The notes below the pieces were generated by a model. It saw only the letters and a program-made list of their open reading frames with translations. It had not been told where the DNA came from and searched no databases. From Fidelibacterota bacterium (GTDB lineage: Bacteria; Fidelibacterota; UBA2242; JAOZSR01), in assembly GCA_029939575.1 (NCBI GenBank), contig JAOZSR010000002.1, forward strand, positions 8,814-72,813: a stretch of DNA of 64,000 nucleotides. The letters run 5' to 3'. Every line of letters starts with the position of its first letter. Within the stretch, counting starts at the first letter, position 1. Positions 52,803-62,276 of this stretch are shown here, in pieces. The translations under genes were made by a program, and so were the position numbers.

Positions 52803-54182
52803 ATGAAATTAATAATACAAAAATATTGGCATGGAAAAGGTGGAATAAAGGAATTACTGATACTATCCTTTCCACTAATCTTAAGTACTGGTGCCCATTC
52901 CATACAACATTTCGTTGACAGAGTTTTTCTGACATGGTATTCTCCGGAAGCTATCGCTGCAGCTATGCCGGCTGCAATGTTAAACTTTGCTCCAATGTGT
53001 ATTTTTCTTGGCACAGCAGGCTACTCCAGCACTTTTGTTGCCCAATATTTTGGATCAAAAAATTACAAAATGATTGGTCCGGTGATTTGGCAGGGAATTT
53101 ACCTGGCAATAATCGGAGCTATTTTCCATTTTTCTTTAATACCTTTTGCTGATGAGATTTTTAACTTGATTGGCCATCCGGAAAAAGTCATCCAGAACGA
53201 AATCATTTATTTCAGGATTATTTGTTTTAGCGCTTTCCCGGTTATTGCTGCATCAGCACTTGCTGGATTTTTCTCGGGAAGAAGTCGCCCCTGGGCAATT
53301 ATGTGGATTCATTCTATTACAACCGTAATCAATATTGTTCTGGATTACACGTTAATTTTTGGCAACTTTGGCTTTCCTGCAATGGGAATAAAAGGTGCAG
53401 CTATAGCAACTGTTATTGCCACCTGTTTTCCTTTTGTTACCCTGCTAATTTTATTCTGTTTACCAAAACATGAATCTAAATTCAAAAGCCTATCTAACTG
53501 GAAATTTAACCCAAAACTATTTGCCAGAATTATTCGGTTTGGATTTCCAAATGGTTTTCAGTTTTTCCTGGATATTGCCGGATTTAGTATTTTTGTATTT
53601 ATGATTGGTAGATTGGGTATGATAGAGTTAGCCGCCTCAAATATTGCTCTGAATATCAACAATTTAATATTCCTGCCAATGATTGGATTAGGAATTGCCG
53701 TATCAGTTTCAGTTGGACAATATATTGGTAAAAATGATCCTTTAACTGCTCAACGATCAACTTATTCAGGCTTCATTATTACTTTTATTTATATGATTCC
53801 GGCAGCTCTTTCTTTTGTGTTATTACCAGAAATTTATATTTCATTATTTTCATCAAATTCAAATTCCGATGAACTTATTAAAATTTCTGAGATAACCACA
53901 ATTCTACTAAAATTTGTTGCTATATATTCTATTTTTGATGTTTTCAATATTATTTTCTCAGCATCAATAAAAGGTGCCGGCGATACCAAATTTGTCATGA
54001 TCTTTATCTTGACAACTGCCTTGATAATATTAGTAATTCCCGTATTTTTCGTTATTTTTATTTGGAACCTGGGAATCTTTTTTGCATGGGGAATTCTTAC
54101 CTTTTATATTTTTATCCTGGGTTTGGGTTTCTATTTACGGTTTAAAACAGGAAAATGGCAAAAAATGAGTGTGATCAGGTAG
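52803..54182 (+). CDS. MATE family efflux transporter
   Basis: About 12 TM segments; NIVLDYTLIFGNFGFPAMGIKGAAIAT; KGAGDTK. Confidence 0.93.
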   Translation: MKLIIQKYWHGKGGIKELLILSFPLILSTGAHSIQHFVDRVFLTWYSPEAIAAAMPAAMLNFAPMCIFLGTAGYSSTFVAQYFGSKNYKMIGPVIWQGIYLAIIGAIFHFSLIPFADEIFNLIGHPEKVIQNEIIYFRIICFSAFPVIAASALAGFFSGRSRPWAIMWIHSITTVINIVLDYTLIFGNFGFPAMGIKGAAIATVIATCFPFVTLLILFCLPKHESKFKSLSNWKFNPKLFARIIRFGFPNGFQFFLDIAGFSIFVFMIGRLGMIELAASNIALNINNLIFLPMIGLGIAVSVSVGQYIGKNDPLTAQRSTYSGFIITFIYMIPAALSFVLLPEIYISLFSSNSNSDELIKISEITTILLKFVAIYSIFDVFNIIFSASIKGAGDTKFVMIFILTTALIILVIPVFFVIFIWNLGIFFAWGILTFYIFILGLGFYLRFKTGKWQKMSVIR

Positions 54183-54288
54183 GAAATATTTATTGAGTGA
54201 TGGTTACTGGTCACTAAATTCCAACCATTGATAATTATAAAAACTTGACGATACTCCCATTTGACAATTAAGTAAAAAGTAAATTTGC

Positions 54289-54390
54289 TGTCATTCTGAA
54301 TGAGGTACGAATGTTTACAATCAGGTTTTTGACTGAAAGAATTTCCTATAATTATCAACGAGATTCTTCATTGCTACACTGCCTCAGACT
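54289..54390. repeat. Degenerate REP/RPE-like palindromic element
   Basis: TGTCATTCTGAATGAGG at 54289; inner stem AAGAATTTC (54337-54345)/GAGATTCTT (54360-54368); residual TCAGA right arm at 54384. Confidence 0.5.
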
Positions 54391-54513
54391 ATGTCCGGCT
54401 TTCGACGAAAAGGCAGCTTAGAACCTTTTTACGACTCCATCCCTTTTGGTTTATATTAAAATTTGTCAGAACTTACAAACAATTAATAACTATTAAATTA
54501 GAGAATAAATAAA

Positions 54514-55563
54514 TTATAAAGAAATATAAGTATCCAGTTCTTCAGCAATATCCTTGATTATTTTTGTTTTTGTCCTATGAGGAATAAATGCACTTTTAAA
54601 ACCACTAATAATTATTTCTTTAAAATCAGTTATTTTTAAGTTATAATATTTATAGGCTATCATAAATTCGTTGGTTAAGGTCGTGTTTGAGATTAATCTA
54701 TTATCGGTATTCAAGGTAACACGTAGTCCAAAATCAAGATAAAATTTGAATGGGTGGGATATAAAATTTGGGACACTTCCGGTATGAACATTACTTGTTA
54801 TACACATTTCCAGGGCAATCCTGTGATCGTTTACATAATTTAATAAATCACCATTTTGTTTTAGTCTGACACCATGCCCAATCCTATGAGCTCCACAATA
54901 ATGGATTGCCTGATGAATTGATTCAGGACCATAATCTTCACCGGCGTGTATAGTTGTATTAATATTATTACTTAAAATCAGAAAAAAAGCTTCTCTGTGG
55001 TCTTTGGCTGGAAAATTCTCCTCTACTCCTGCTAAATCGAAACCAACTACTCCACGATTTTTATAGGCCACAGATAACTCAGCAAGTTGATAGGAAACTT
55101 CAGGAGAAATGCTTCTGATGCCACATACAATCACTCCTGTTTTTATTTTATATTCATCTTCGGCCTGTTTTAATCCTGCCAGAACCGCATCAACAGTTTC
55201 CATAGAAGTCATACCTCGTTGAGTGTGTAAAATCGGAGAATAACGTACCTCAAGGTAAAGTATATTCTCGTTATAAGCATCTTCTGCCAATTCAAAAGCA
55301 GCACGAGTCAATGCTTCCGGAGTCTGGAGAACCGATAATGTATAATCAAACATTTTAATATATTTTTTTAATGTAATATGCTTATCAGTTACCGATACAA
55401 GTTTGCGTAATTCTTCTTTATTTTTAGTTGGAAGTTCAACTTTATCCCTTTCCGCCAATTCCAAAATGGTATCAAGTCTTAAAGAACCATCAAGATGGCA
55501 GTGCAAATCAGTTTTGGGTAATTCTCTAATAAATTCTTCTGTGATTTTAATTTGTTTAGTCAT
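54514..55563 (-). CDS. add: Adenosine deaminase
   Basis: LPKTDLHCHLDGS, YLEVRYSP, VVGFDLAG, HAGE, RIGHG, NTDN. Confidence 0.93.
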   Translation of the reverse strand: MTKQIKITEEFIRELPKTDLHCHLDGSLRLDTILELAERDKVELPTKNKEELRKLVSVTDKHITLKKYIKMFDYTLSVLQTPEALTRAAFELAEDAYNENILYLEVRYSPILHTQRGMTSMETVDAVLAGLKQAEDEYKIKTGVIVCGIRSISPEVSYQLAELSVAYKNRGVVGFDLAGVEENFPAKDHREAFFLILSNNINTTIHAGEDYGPESIHQAIHYCGAHRIGHGVRLKQNGDLLNYVNDHRIALEMCITSNVHTGSVPNFISHPFKFYLDFGLRVTLNTDNRLISNTTLTNEFMIAYKYYNLKITDFKEIIISGFKSAFIPHRTKTKIIKDIAEELDTYISL

Positions 55564-55564
55564 A

Positions 55565-55915
55565 TTAATACTCTATAAATTTTTCTCGTTTCATAGTTGA
55601 TAAAAACATCCCGAGCCTTTCATAAACAGGCTGGATTTTCTCTCCCAGTTCTTTCTCCAGTTCATTCCCGATTTCAACAGCATTCTTTTTTCCGTCAATT
55701 TTATTCCATACAGCTGTCCCAATTTCATCTAATTTTGTTTTAAAATCAGGATATTTCATACGGTGTAAAAGATGCTTAACCAAAAAACTATTTCTAAATT
55801 TAGGCTTTAATAAAATTATCATTTTATCTTCTGCAATATCACTTTTAACTAATTTATGTGGTACTACATTGTACATGTTAATTTCAGATTCATTTATCTT
55901 ACTTTTTTTTGCCAC
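55565..55915 (-). CDS. PqqD/RRE-like protein
   Basis: KLDEIGTAVWNKIDGKKNAVEIG..L...RL..FL..M...FI matches the PqqD-family helix pattern; GTG start. Confidence 0.72.
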   Translation of the reverse strand: MAKKSKINESEINMYNVVPHKLVKSDIAEDKMIILLKPKFRNSFLVKHLLHRMKYPDFKTKLDEIGTAVWNKIDGKKNAVEIGNELEKELGEKIQPVYERLGMFLSTMKREKFIEY

Positions 55916-56263
55916 TAAATATTCTCATTTTTTTTCATTTTTTATTAATACTTTTTTATTAATACTTAAAGTAAAATAATAAATAAGTTAACAAAAACTA
56001 AAGAAAGTATTTTTAATAATCAAGAAGATAGTTACAGATTGCATTATATAATCAGTTTTACTAAAATCGGATTAGGAGGATAAATCCAGTTGTAAATATT
56101 TTATTGCCAATATTCTATTTAATTGTTGATATATCATGAATTAAAAAGATTAAAACATAACAATACTTAACCATAAAAATATGAATAATTGTAATCAATA
56201 ATTTTTAATTCAGCCTGGTATATTTCCAAAAATCAAATACTCAAAAATAAATTCGTTTTATTA

Positions 56264-56292
56264 TTGCAAATAAAAGAAATATTTTATATAAT
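56264..56292 (+). promoter_or_regulatory. Sigma70 promoter for tRNA-Arg
   Basis: TTGCAA, 17-nt spacer, TATAAT, 37 nt upstream of the tRNA. Confidence 0.7.
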
Positions 56293-56329
56293 TCGTTGCT
56301 TGACAGTAGAGTGGAAAAAAAATATAAAT

Positions 56330-56402
56330 GCCCTTGTAGTTCAACAGGACAGAATAGGGGATTCCTAATCCCTAGATCTGGGTTCGAGTCCCGGCGAGGG
56401 TA
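56330..56402 (+). tRNA. tRNA-Arg (anticodon CCT), CCA not encoded
   Basis: Acceptor stem GCCCTTG/CGAGGGT, anticodon arm GGGGA-TTCCTAA-TCCCT, T-arm CTGGG-TTCGAGT-CCCGG. Confidence 0.95.
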
Positions 56403-56424
56403 CTGGAAAAAATGGAGAAAATGA

Positions 56425-57108
56425 ATGTTAAAACCAAAAAGAAAAATCACAAGACAAGAAATCAAGAAAGACCCATTATTAGAAAAAGTAGGTCAGATCA
56501 ATAGTTATTTACATAAAAATTTAAAAAAACTTACAATTTACGGTATAGCAGTTGTATTATTGATTGTTTTTTCATTTTTAATGTTCACAAGTTCTAAAAA
56601 CAAACAAACAGCCGCATCAGGTTCTTTTGGAATTGCTGAATTAAAACTTAAAAACGGTCAGGTTGAAAAAGGCATTGAAGAACTTAACAGAATCGTGGAA
56701 AATTTTGCAGGCAGTGATGCAGCCGGACTTAGTATCTTTTTACTTGCAAAAAACAGCCTTAATGAAAAAATGTTTGATGATGCCAGAGCAAATTTTGAAA
56801 TATTCATCAAAGAACACAAAGATAACAAAATGTTACTTGCTGCCGCTTATAGCGGACTGGCAGTTTGCCTGGAAAAAAATAAAGACTATGCAGGTGCTGC
56901 ATCAAATTTTGAAAAAGGTGGTAAAACAAGTCCTTATGCATATCAACAAAACGAATGTTTTTTAAATAGTGTCAGGAACCTGATTTTAATAAATGACCTG
57001 GGACGTGCAGAAATCTTAGTAAATGAAACTCTCGATAATGAACCCGACTATAAAACCAAATCATCGGCAGAGAGTTTACTTGCTCAGATTGAGGTATTAA
57101 AAGGATAA
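56425..57108 (+). CDS. Membrane-anchored TPR protein (YfgM-like)
   Basis: RKITRQEIKKDP N-terminus, single TM helix, TPR-like helices. Confidence 0.82.
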   Translation: MLKPKRKITRQEIKKDPLLEKVGQINSYLHKNLKKLTIYGIAVVLLIVFSFLMFTSSKNKQTAASGSFGIAELKLKNGQVEKGIEELNRIVENFAGSDAAGLSIFLLAKNSLNEKMFDDARANFEIFIKEHKDNKMLLAAAYSGLAVCLEKNKDYAGAASNFEKGGKTSPYAYQQNECFLNSVRNLILINDLGRAEILVNETLDNEPDYKTKSSAESLLAQIEVLKG

Positions 57109-57119
57109 AAAAATAATAT

Positions 57120-57148
57120 TTGCAAAACATAAAAATATCTATTATATT
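57120..57148 (+). promoter_or_regulatory. Sigma70 promoter of the rimP-nusA-infB operon
   Basis: TTGCAA, 17-nt spacer, TATATT. Confidence 0.65.
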
Positions 57149-57157
57149 TTGGTGCAG

Positions 57158-57184
57158 AAAGTGGGTTGACAAACCCACTTTTTT
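57158..57184 (+). promoter_or_regulatory. rimP leader hairpin (attenuator-like)
   Basis: AAAGTGGGTT-gaca-AACCCACTTT followed by Ts, between the promoter and rimP; resembles the conserved AGTGGG/CCCACT rimP leader. Confidence 0.75.
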
Positions 57185-57210
57185 CATTTCAAAAATAGGA
57201 TAAGAAATTA

Positions 57211-57663
57211 TTGAAAGAATTGCAGGAAAAGATAAAAAACATAATTGAGCCAATTTTGACTAAGCACGATTGCTACATTGTTGAGTTAAAAATAACTCAA
57301 CAGGGTAATCGTAATTTCCTGAAAATATTTATTCAGGATGACAAAGGAATCTCTCTTGATAAAATATCATTAGTCACTAAAGATTTAAACAACAATGAAG
57401 CATTTGACGCACTTTCCCCGGAAGGTTTTCGAATGGAAATTAGTTCACCTGGAGCGGATTACCCCTTGAAATTAAAAAGAGATTTTATCAGGAATAAAGA
57501 CAGGATATTACAGTTTTTCCATACAAATCCAGATTTTCAGTCCCCAATAAATGGTAAACTAGGTGAAATTACAGATGACTACATTATTATTAATTTAAAA
57601 AAAAGCGCTAAGAAATTAACATATCAAGAATTAAATTATGCGAAGGTCATTTTTGAAATTTAA
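57211..57663 (+). CDS. rimP: Ribosome maturation factor RimP
   Basis: MEISSPGADYPL motif; first gene of the nusA operon. Confidence 0.88.
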   Translation: MKELQEKIKNIIEPILTKHDCYIVELKITQQGNRNFLKIFIQDDKGISLDKISLVTKDLNNNEAFDALSPEGFRMEISSPGADYPLKLKRDFIRNKDRILQFFHTNPDFQSPINGKLGEITDDYIIINLKKSAKKLTYQELNYAKVIFEI

Positions 57664-57684
57664 TTTTTCTAAAGGAGAAAAAAA

Positions 57685-59058
57685 TTGATTAATACAGATA
57701 TAATTGAAGCCTTTTCCCAAATCGCACGTGAAAAAAACGTCGAGAGGGATGAACTTGGTGAGATTATTGAAAGGGTATTCTTTACTCTAATTGAAAAAAA
57801 ATATGAAGATACATCAAATTTTGATGTTATCGTTAATATGGACAAAGGCGAAATTGAAATATATCAACAAAAAGAAATTGTTGGCGAAGTAGCAGACCCA
57901 CTTCATGAAATTCATATAGAAGATGCCAAAGAAGTTGATCCTGATCTGGAAATTGGCGATCCATATATTGAAATCATCGACCCAATGAGTTTTGGAAGAA
58001 GATTGATTTCCCAGGCCAAACAAATCCTCAATCAACAAATTATTCGGGTAGAAAAAAATGTGATCTATGAAGAATATCTTAAAAAAGTTGGTGAAATTAT
58101 TATTGGAGATGTTCACCAGATAAGAAGAGATGCTATCTTCATCAATGTTGGTAAAGCTGAATTAAAAATGCCTCGAGAAGAACAAATTCCAGGCGAAAGA
58201 TACAGACGTGGCGAGACAATTAAGTCAATCATAAAAGATGCTGTTAAAGGCACTGGTAATCCTGAAATTATCGTTTCCCGTGCAGATGCCTCTTTTTTGA
58301 CAAAACTTTTTGAAAATGAAGTGCCTGAAATTTATGATAAAACAATTGAAATTAAGAGAGTTGCCAGACAGGCAGGTGATCGAAGCAAGGTTATTGTTGA
58401 ATCTAACGATCGTAGAATCGATGCTGTCGGAGCCTGTGTTGGTATCAAAGGTAGCCGTATTCAGGCAATTGTACGCGAATTAAATAATGAAAAAATTGAT
58501 ATCATTCATAATAGTTCTGAATCCGAAATCTTAATTACAAGGGCATTATCACCGGCGAAACCATTTATGTTGGAAATTGATGAAGAGAAAAAAACAGCTC
58601 TTGCAATTTTTGATGATGAAGATATATCAGTTGCTATTGGAAAAATGGGTCAGAATATCAGGCTAGCATCCCAGGTTACAGGCTATACTATTGACGCAAT
58701 TAAAAGATCAGATTATGAAATCACCGGATCCGAAATACTCTACCTGGAAGAAATTGAAGATTTATCTGAACATAACTGGAAAATCCTTTATTCTATGGGA
58801 ATTGAAACAACCGAAGAACTATTATCAACTCCCAAAGAAGAACTGTTAACAATAAAAGGTCTCGGTGAAAAAACTATTGATAAAATTTATGATATTGTTA
58901 AAGAGACTATTGAAAAACAAAAGCAGGAACAGGAAGCTGCATTAAATGCTGTTCAGGATGAAACGGCAAGTTCTGATGATTATAATGAAGAAGAGTCAGA
59001 TAACAATGGAACCACAGAGTTTTCCGAAGATGATATCAAAGATGATTTATTAGACTAA
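57685..59058 (+). CDS. nusA: Transcription factor NusA
   Basis: FGRRLISQAKQ, S1 and KH domains (DAVGACVGIKGSRI, AIGKMGQNIRLAS), C-terminal HhH and acidic tail. Confidence 0.97.
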   Translation: MINTDIIEAFSQIAREKNVERDELGEIIERVFFTLIEKKYEDTSNFDVIVNMDKGEIEIYQQKEIVGEVADPLHEIHIEDAKEVDPDLEIGDPYIEIIDPMSFGRRLISQAKQILNQQIIRVEKNVIYEEYLKKVGEIIIGDVHQIRRDAIFINVGKAELKMPREEQIPGERYRRGETIKSIIKDAVKGTGNPEIIVSRADASFLTKLFENEVPEIYDKTIEIKRVARQAGDRSKVIVESNDRRIDAVGACVGIKGSRIQAIVRELNNEKIDIIHNSSESEILITRALSPAKPFMLEIDEEKKTALAIFDDEDISVAIGKMGQNIRLASQVTGYTIDAIKRSDYEITGSEILYLEEIEDLSEHNWKILYSMGIETTEELLSTPKEELLTIKGLGEKTIDKIYDIVKETIEKQKQEQEAALNAVQDETASSDDYNEEESDNNGTTEFSEDDIKDDLLD

Positions 59059-59071
59059 ACGAAAGAGGTAA

Positions 59072-61621
59072 ATGGGTAATAATATTAAAATGAAGCAGAA
59101 AAGAATATTTGAGATAGCTAAAGAATTAAATATTTCACACATAGAGATAACTCAATTTCTAAAGAAAGAAAAAGTTCCTTTTAAATCCATAATGACCTCT
59201 GTCAACGATGATATCTATATGAAAATTCTGGAAGAATTCGCTAAGGAAAAGGATATTGTTGAAAGAATAAAAAAGGAAAAAGCCCGGAAAGAAGCAGAAT
59301 TCAAACGGAAATCTATGGAAGACGCCAGACAAAAGGCCGAGGCTGAACAGGAAAAAATCAAAACTGAAATATTCTCCCAGGCGGAAGCCAATATTAGCTC
59401 GGCTATTCTCTCAGTTTACAAACACAGTGAAGATATTAAAAAATCATTAATCAAAGAAATACAGGAAATTGAAAAGGTTACTGATGTAACTGTAGAAAAG
59501 GCTAAACAGCCGGTAATAAAGAAATCTTCGGCAAAACCGAAAAAAGAAATTCACAAAAAAGAAATCGAGGTCGCCACCGAAAAAGCAACCGACGAAAAAG
59601 ACTCAACTAAAAAGAAATCCAAAAGTAATAAACTTCGCCGTGTTTCCATTTCTGAAATTGAATCCAGACTGGAATCTTCGGGAAATAAAAAACGTAAAGA
59701 AAAAAAGAAAAAGAAAAAGAAAAAACGGGAAATCGTTATTGACGCCAAACAGGTTGATGAATCAATCCGGAAAACAATGGCCAAAATGGATGAAAAATCA
59801 ACTAAGAAAAAATATAAGAAAAAAGATAAATCCGGATCAGATGAATCTGAAACCAGACAGGTAATCAGAATAAGTGAATTTGCAACCGTAGAGACATTAG
59901 CCAAATTGATGGATATAGATCCGGCAGACATTATCCAGATATGTATTGAACTTGGAATGTTTGTGACAATTAACCAGCGCTTAGATTTTGATACTATTTT
60001 ATTAATTACCGAAGAATTTAATTTTGAAGTGGAACAGTTGGAACAATATGGTGAAGAATTCCTAAAAATCGAAGAAACTGAAGAAGATTTGGAAAACGCC
60101 GAACCCAGGCCTCCGGTTATAGCAATTATGGGGCATGTGGATCATGGGAAAACAACTCTGCTTGATAATATCAGAAATGCCAATGTTGTTGGTGGAGAAG
60201 CAGGAGGTATCACACAACATATTGGCGCTTACCAGGTACAACTTCCTAGTAAACAATATATTACATTCCTAGACACTCCAGGTCATGAGGCTTTTACTGA
60301 AATGAGATCCCGTGGTGCACAGGTTACTGACATGGTGATATTAATTGTGGCTGCCGATGATGGCGTAATGCCCAGAACAATTGAAGCTATTAACCATGCA
60401 AAAGCTGCAGGAGTTCCTATGGTTATTGCAGTAAATAAAATCGATAAACCTGATGCAGATCCGGAAAGAGTATATAGAGAATTATCTGAAAATAATATTC
60501 TGGTTGAAAAATGGGGTGGTGAAGTTCAGGTTGCTGAAATATCAGCACTAACAGGAAAAGGTATTGATAAACTACTTGATCTTATTATACTTGAAGCCGA
60601 AATGATGGAATTAAAAGCAAACCAAAATACTCTGGCTCAGGGAACTGTTATTGAAGCCAGAGTGGACAAGAGACATGGATCAATGGCTACAATCCTGATT
60701 CAAAAAGGTTGCCTTGAAATTGGAAACCCCTTTGTTTGTGGTGCGGCTTTTGGACGAGTCAGAGCAATGTTTGACGAATATGGCAAAAATATCAAGATTG
60801 CCAAACCTGGAAAACCGGTAATTGTAACAGGTCTCGACATATTACCACATTTAGCTGACATTTTTTCTGTTGTCAAAGATCCCTCAGAAGCCAGAAAGAT
60901 CGCTCTTGAGAGACAAAAAATTGAAAGAGAGCATAGAAACAGACAAGATAAAGAATGGACTCTGGACACAATTTCCAAACACATTGCTGATGGTGAAGTA
61001 AATCAATTAAATATTGTTCTAAAATGTGATGTTGATGGCTCTGTAGAAGCCATCAAAAGTAGTTTGGCTCCTCTTGGAAATAATGAAGTATCCACTTCAA
61101 TAATACATAGTGCCGCCGGAATAATATCAGAAAATGACATTCTGCTTGCAAAAACCTCACAAGCGATTGTAATTGGGTTTAATGTAACAGCCAATCCCAA
61201 AATAAAAGAACTGGCTAAGAAGGAAAATGTAGAAATTCGTAACTATTCTGTTATTTATGAATTGATTGACGATATAAACACTGCTCTTGAAGGTATGTTA
61301 TCTCCCGAAAAAATTGAAATTGATACTGGAAAAGCGACTGTAAAAGTTATAATCAAAATTCCAAAACTTGGAATAATTGCTGGATCATATATTAACGAAG
61401 GTGTTGTTAACAGGTTGTCAAAGGTCAGGCTTATTCGTGACAACAAAACCATCTTTACCGGTGATATTTCATCATTAAAAAGATTCAAAGATGATGTAAA
61501 AGAAGTCAAAGAGGGTTATGAATGTGGAATTGGACTGGAAAATTTCAACAATATCAAAGAAAATGACGTTATGGTATTTTACAAGATAAAATCTGTGAAA
61601 AGAAAACTGGAAAAAAAATAA
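59072..61621 (+). CDS. infB: Translation initiation factor IF-2
   Basis: GHVDHGKTT, GGITQHIGAY, DTPGHEAF, NKID, SLKRFKDDVKEV. Confidence 0.99.
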   Translation: MGNNIKMKQKRIFEIAKELNISHIEITQFLKKEKVPFKSIMTSVNDDIYMKILEEFAKEKDIVERIKKEKARKEAEFKRKSMEDARQKAEAEQEKIKTEIFSQAEANISSAILSVYKHSEDIKKSLIKEIQEIEKVTDVTVEKAKQPVIKKSSAKPKKEIHKKEIEVATEKATDEKDSTKKKSKSNKLRRVSISEIESRLESSGNKKRKEKKKKKKKKREIVIDAKQVDESIRKTMAKMDEKSTKKKYKKKDKSGSDESETRQVIRISEFATVETLAKLMDIDPADIIQICIELGMFVTINQRLDFDTILLITEEFNFEVEQLEQYGEEFLKIEETEEDLENAEPRPPVIAIMGHVDHGKTTLLDNIRNANVVGGEAGGITQHIGAYQVQLPSKQYITFLDTPGHEAFTEMRSRGAQVTDMVILIVAADDGVMPRTIEAINHAKAAGVPMVIAVNKIDKPDADPERVYRELSENNILVEKWGGEVQVAEISALTGKGIDKLLDLIILEAEMMELKANQNTLAQGTVIEARVDKRHGSMATILIQKGCLEIGNPFVCGAAFGRVRAMFDEYGKNIKIAKPGKPVIVTGLDILPHLADIFSVVKDPSEARKIALERQKIEREHRNRQDKEWTLDTISKHIADGEVNQLNIVLKCDVDGSVEAIKSSLAPLGNNEVSTSIIHSAAGIISENDILLAKTSQAIVIGFNVTANPKIKELAKKENVEIRNYSVIYELIDDINTALEGMLSPEKIEIDTGKATVKVIIKIPKLGIIAGSYINEGVVNRLSKVRLIRDNKTIFTGDISSLKRFKDDVKEVKEGYECGIGLENFNNIKENDVMVFYKIKSVKRKLEKK

Positions 61622-61629
61622 CAAATTAA

Positions 61630-61911
61630 ATGACTATTGGATTTTTACAATTAGAAATAAAATTACTTTACCCATCATCTCTAAAAGATAAGCGGTCAGT
61701 GTTAAAAAGAATGAAAAATCTAACTCGAAAAAAATTCAATGTTTCCGTAGCCGAACTTGCTAATTTACAAAGCATAAGGTCTACTGTATTGGGATTTGTA
61801 ACAATTAATACTGATAACAACATAATACATAACACATTAAACAATATTGAAAACCTTATTGAAAAGGAATTTGATATTCAAATTATAAATAGAAAGGTAG
61901 AAAACCTGTAA
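61630..61911 (+). CDS. DUF503 (YlxP-like) protein
   Basis: SSLKDKRSVL...KFNVSVAE; lies between infB and rbfA. Confidence 0.88.
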   Translation: MTIGFLQLEIKLLYPSSLKDKRSVLKRMKNLTRKKFNVSVAELANLQSIRSTVLGFVTINTDNNIIHNTLNNIENLIEKEFDIQIINRKVENL

Positions 61912-62276
61912 TGGCTGGATTTCGTATACAACGCTTTTCTGATGAAGTAAAAAAGATTATTTCTGAAATATTTATAAATGAACTTTCAGGAGATGATCTT
62001 GGCTTTGTTACCGTTACTAAAGTTAAATGTTCTCCTGACCTGCAAGAGGCTAAGGTTTATATTAGTGTTTATGAAAATGATGAAAATAAACGAACTATTA
62101 AATTCAAAAAGATTATTAAGAAGGTGTCAAAAATACGAGGTTTTCTGGGACATAAATTAAAGGCAAGACATGTACCTAACCTGCGTTTTTATGAAGATGA
62201 TAGTTTGCAATATGCTGAAAAAATTGAAAAGTTGATTCAAAAAATGCATAAAGAAGAAGAGGAAAATGATAAATAA
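61911..62276 (+). CDS. rbfA: Ribosome-binding factor A
   Basis: VTVTKVKCSPDLQEAKVY, VPNLRFYEDDS. Confidence 0.95.
   Translation: MAGFRIQRFSDEVKKIISEIFINELSGDDLGFVTVTKVKCSPDLQEAKVYISVYENDENKRTIKFKKIIKKVSKIRGFLGHKLKARHVPNLRFYEDDSLQYAEKIEKLIQKMHKEEEENDK

Noticed and set aside
54417-54445. TTAGAACCTTTTTACGA resembling an IS terminal repeat
   Set aside because: No partner inverted repeat, target duplication or transposase found.
55916-56263. RiPP precursor peptide or purine riboswitch upstream of pqqD-like/add
   Set aside because: Very AT-rich with frequent stops. The AGGAGG near 56074 is not followed by an ORF, and no riboswitch core motifs are visible.
56330-56402. tRNA as an integration site for a genomic island
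   Set aside because: No duplicated tRNA 3' end or integrase seen nearby; the flanks are housekeeping genes.
59685-59727. Long A-rich run in infB, possible frameshift or phase-variation tract
   Set aside because: The frame stays open and encodes the usual Lys-rich IF-2 linker.
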